Source: Octopus sinensis (taxonomy: Eukaryota). From it: a stretch of 23,290 nt of DNA. The position numbers were made by a program, and so were the translations under genes. The notes beneath the pieces are model-generated. The model worked only from the letters and a program-made list of their open reading frames with translations, made no database searches and was not told the DNA's origin. Below, in pieces: positions 20,439 through 23,290 of this stretch. Each line of letters opens with the position of its first letter. Position 1 is the stretch's first letter. Location: assembly GCF_006345805.1 (NCBI RefSeq), contig NW_021836709.1:1-23290 (forward strand). Reading direction: 5' to 3'.

Positions 20439-22288
20439 AGATAATGGTTTCGTTGAGACCCAAATGTGTCACGTAATGTTGAATAAGTGCTGCAGACAGA
20501 CCACAGTTAAGGTCCACATTCGGTAATATTCTGGCATTTGTGCAGCTTCCAATACCAAAATTTGGTTCAATACCTGCCAGGATCTTCCATATGTATATTA
20601 CTGCATATCTCTCCCGCTGTCACTCCAGGGAGTAGATACTTAGCTGTTTCAGCCTTTCTCAGTAGCTGAGCTGGTGCAATGAGACGATCCTCTTTGTGCA
20701 GCTTCGCTAGATTGCTTCAAGGTGCACTGTTAATTTAATAATGTTACGTGACCATAGTTGGGAGCAGTAGTCCAGACAGATGAGGACGAATTTCTTCCAA
20801 AGGAGCATCATAATTTCCTTCTCTCTGGTTCTGAAGGTTCTCAGGATCCAGCCAGCAAACTGTCTGCTATTTGTCGCCATCTTGGTAACATGCACTTGGA
20901 AAGAGGTATCATCCCTCATGTCGCTACCATAGTCATGCACTGATTTAAGTTCTGGGATTGTAATAACCACTGGGCCAGTGTTCCCTGTAAGCCTTTCGTT
21001 CAATTTTTGGCGCTGGTAGCGTAGGGCTTGGAATTTTCCAGCATTAAACTGCATATTATTGTCTTCAGCAAATCTGTAAATTGCGTCCAACTCCTGCTGC
21101 AGGCGTACAACATCGCTTTTGTACTGTCTGTGTAGCTAGCAAGAGTGGCTATGAAAACCAGTGATCCCAAGACAGTGTCCCGTGGAACACTACTCACTCT
21201 ATGTATTTCCTTTGATGTGCCTACATTGGCCACCACTGCCTGGCTTCAATCTTTCAGAAAGTCATGTAACCACTCTCCATGTTTTCCAGCTATGCCAAGA
21301 TCACGCTGTTTGTGGCATATTATACAATGATTAACTTTGTCAAAAGCTTTTGTAAAGTCAAGGTATATTACAAGGTCCACATTTGAGTTGTCGAGTAACT
21401 GCTTCAATATCCAGTCATAGTGTTGTCGGAGCTGTGACAGGCAGAGCTCATACCTTTTCGAAAACCATGCTGGGTATCATTCAGCAAGTCGCTTCCTTCT
21501 AGGAATGCGATTAGTTTCCCTCTGACTATTCGTTCTATTACACTGTTGATGTATGAAGCCAAAGAGTTAGGCCTGTAATTTTTTGTCATCTTCTCTACCT
21601 CCTCCTTTATGGATTGGGCAGCTTGCCATTTGGAAGACAACTTTGGAATAGAATTTGTAGTGACTTTGCCGGAGCACGTTTGCACGATTTGAGGGCCAGC
21701 AGCTGAGTTTCTGGTCACCTCCTCTATGGCAATATATCTTCTTCTCCAATATCGATGTAATCTATCGTAACTGCCTCCCTGGTTATAAGTGAGGCGGCAA
21801 AGAAATCCACTGCTTCGTTCACTTGTCTGTGTTCCAACGGGGTAGTAAAAACACTTTTGAACAGGTCATTCAGTACTTCACTACACCTGGTTGGGTTATA
21901 TGTGAGGGAGTCGTCCTTCTGGGAAAGGGATCCTATTTTGCAGCATTTGATTTTATGGTTTTGATAACCCAGGTTTCTTTTTCTGACCTCTCCTTCACAG
22001 GATTATTGCAGACTTTTTTCAGTCTCCAACGCTGTTGTTTTTAAGCGGGACCATTCACTACATTTGGGATGTTGCTTGAAGCGATTTGCAATCTTCGTCC
22101 ATCATCGTATGAGAATCTTTCTCTCCTTTGAAATCTAGTTCCATTTTTTGTGTTGGGCTTGTGCTCTGGGACATATTTGTATCATATAGCTCGCATAACA
22201 GACATGTAATAGTCGAGTTTCATGCCGATGTCTGGTGTGGAGAGACCAGTCATATTTGAGGATCTCTTTCTGAATCGATTTCCAATCT
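20439..22288 (-). mobile_element. CR1-group LINE remnant with decayed reverse transcriptase (5'-truncated, no endonuclease domain)
   Basis: Broken frames show PIHKGG, NYRPNSL (21562-80), QHGFRKG, YLDFTKAFDKVNH (KAFDKVNH at 21327-50), SSVPRDTVLGSLVF (from SGVPQGTVLGP), SYTDST (from YADD; 21123-34), FNAGKFQALRY, LDYCSQLWS and WKILAG. Multiple stops and frameshifts. The last 92 bp (20439-20530) may be a separate repeat. Confidence 0.9.
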
Positions 22289-22449
22289 ACACACACACAC
22301 ATGGGGAGCGTAAGGCAAGGTAGGCAGAGTATAACAGGGTATTCATTTGAAATGATTATATAAATAAGTATAAGTAATGCTATTCTTAAATATCAATGCA
22401 ATGAGTGAAGAATGAGAAGTAATAACATGCACATCTATGCTCACGTCCA

Positions 22450-22880
22450 CCGCATTGTGTGTGTATGCGTGTGAGTGTATATATGTATGTATATATAATG
22501 TATATATATAATGTATATATATATATATGTGTGTGTATATATATTATATATATATATATTAAATAATAATATTAGGGAATAAATCCAAAATTTACAGGGA
22601 AAAATCAGATTTAGGATTAAATCCAATTTTATAGTAAAATTTATATAATATTATTAGAGACAAAACCACTATTTTGTAAAACAAACAAGGAAAGACTTAA
22701 TCAATACATCAAATTTTATAATAACAAAAGTCAAAATAGATCATATAATATATATATATATATATATATATACACACGCACATTTTTACATATATATGTG
22801 TGTGGGTGTATGTAGATTGATAGATAGATTATAGATAGATACATTTTATGCACACACACATACACACACACACACACAGA
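22450..22880. repeat. (TA)n/(TG)n/(CA)n/(GATA)n tracts, interrupted by an AT-rich unique segment at ~22570-22740
   Basis: Direct reading. Confidence 0.75.
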
Positions 22881-23139
22881 ATATATGAGAGAAACACAGC
22901 AGACAGCTGGTGCGTCAGATAGAGATGCTGAGTGCTCAAAGAAGTGCAGATAGAGAGACTGAGAGCTCAAATAGGTGCAGAGCGGAGTACATAGAAGAAT
23001 AAGGCACGATTAGAAACGATGAAAGACACGGAATTTATTAAATATAAATACGGATACGTTCAATAATGGAGCGGAGGAAGTAGAAAATACAAGTTAAAAA
23101 AATAAACAGCAAAACAAAAGCCTCTCGTAAAAACGACGA

Positions 23140-23290
23140 ATACGACGACGACGACGACGAGATGATGATGATGATAATAATAATAATAATAATATAAAAT
23201 AATAATAATAATAATAATGATAATAATAATAATAATGATAATAAATAACGATGATGATGATATGATGATTATGATGATGATATGAAATAA
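23140..23290. repeat. (GAC)n-(GAT)n-(AAT)n compound trinucleotide tract
   Basis: Direct reading. Confidence 0.9.

Noticed and set aside
13987-21050. Oppositely oriented CR1 remnants as a long dsRNA/ADAR substrate
   Set aside because: By eye they are too diverged (different subfamilies) and lie about 6 kb apart.
21062-21068. Minus-strand CUGAAGA core
   Set aside because: It is LINE coding sequence (FAEDNN) with no hammerhead stems.
20707-21749. Active reverse transcriptase gene
   Set aside because: Catalytic YADD is mutated to YTDS, there are several stops and frameshifts, and the endonuclease domain is missing.

Overview
AT-rich eukaryotic DNA dense in microsatellites, most likely from an octopus. 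That assignment rests on my recall of its SINE families and is not verified. No complete protein-coding gene is visible, and most ORFs in the supplied track are translations of simple repeats. Recognisable transposon remnants are: four copies of a tRNA-derived SINE, a fragment of a second SINE, two decayed CR1-group LINEs, an RTE-like 3' end, a mariner remnant, a maT-type (DD37D) remnant and a MITE-like palindrome. The main result is two unrelated families of short non-coding repeats that each carry a type I hammerhead ribozyme. Family 1 (675-2010) has a ~500-bp unit arranged as two tandem copies plus an inverted copy. Each copy has an intact hammerhead with a palindromic stem III, the dimer-type form, and the two tandem cleavage sites are 494 nt apart. 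Family 2 (~18771-19291) is a 463-bp unit with 52-bp terminal redundancy and an internal hammerhead. Both resemble non-autonomous Penelope-associated or retrozyme-type elements. A possible decayed third hammerhead and several weak plus-strand exon candidates are also noted.
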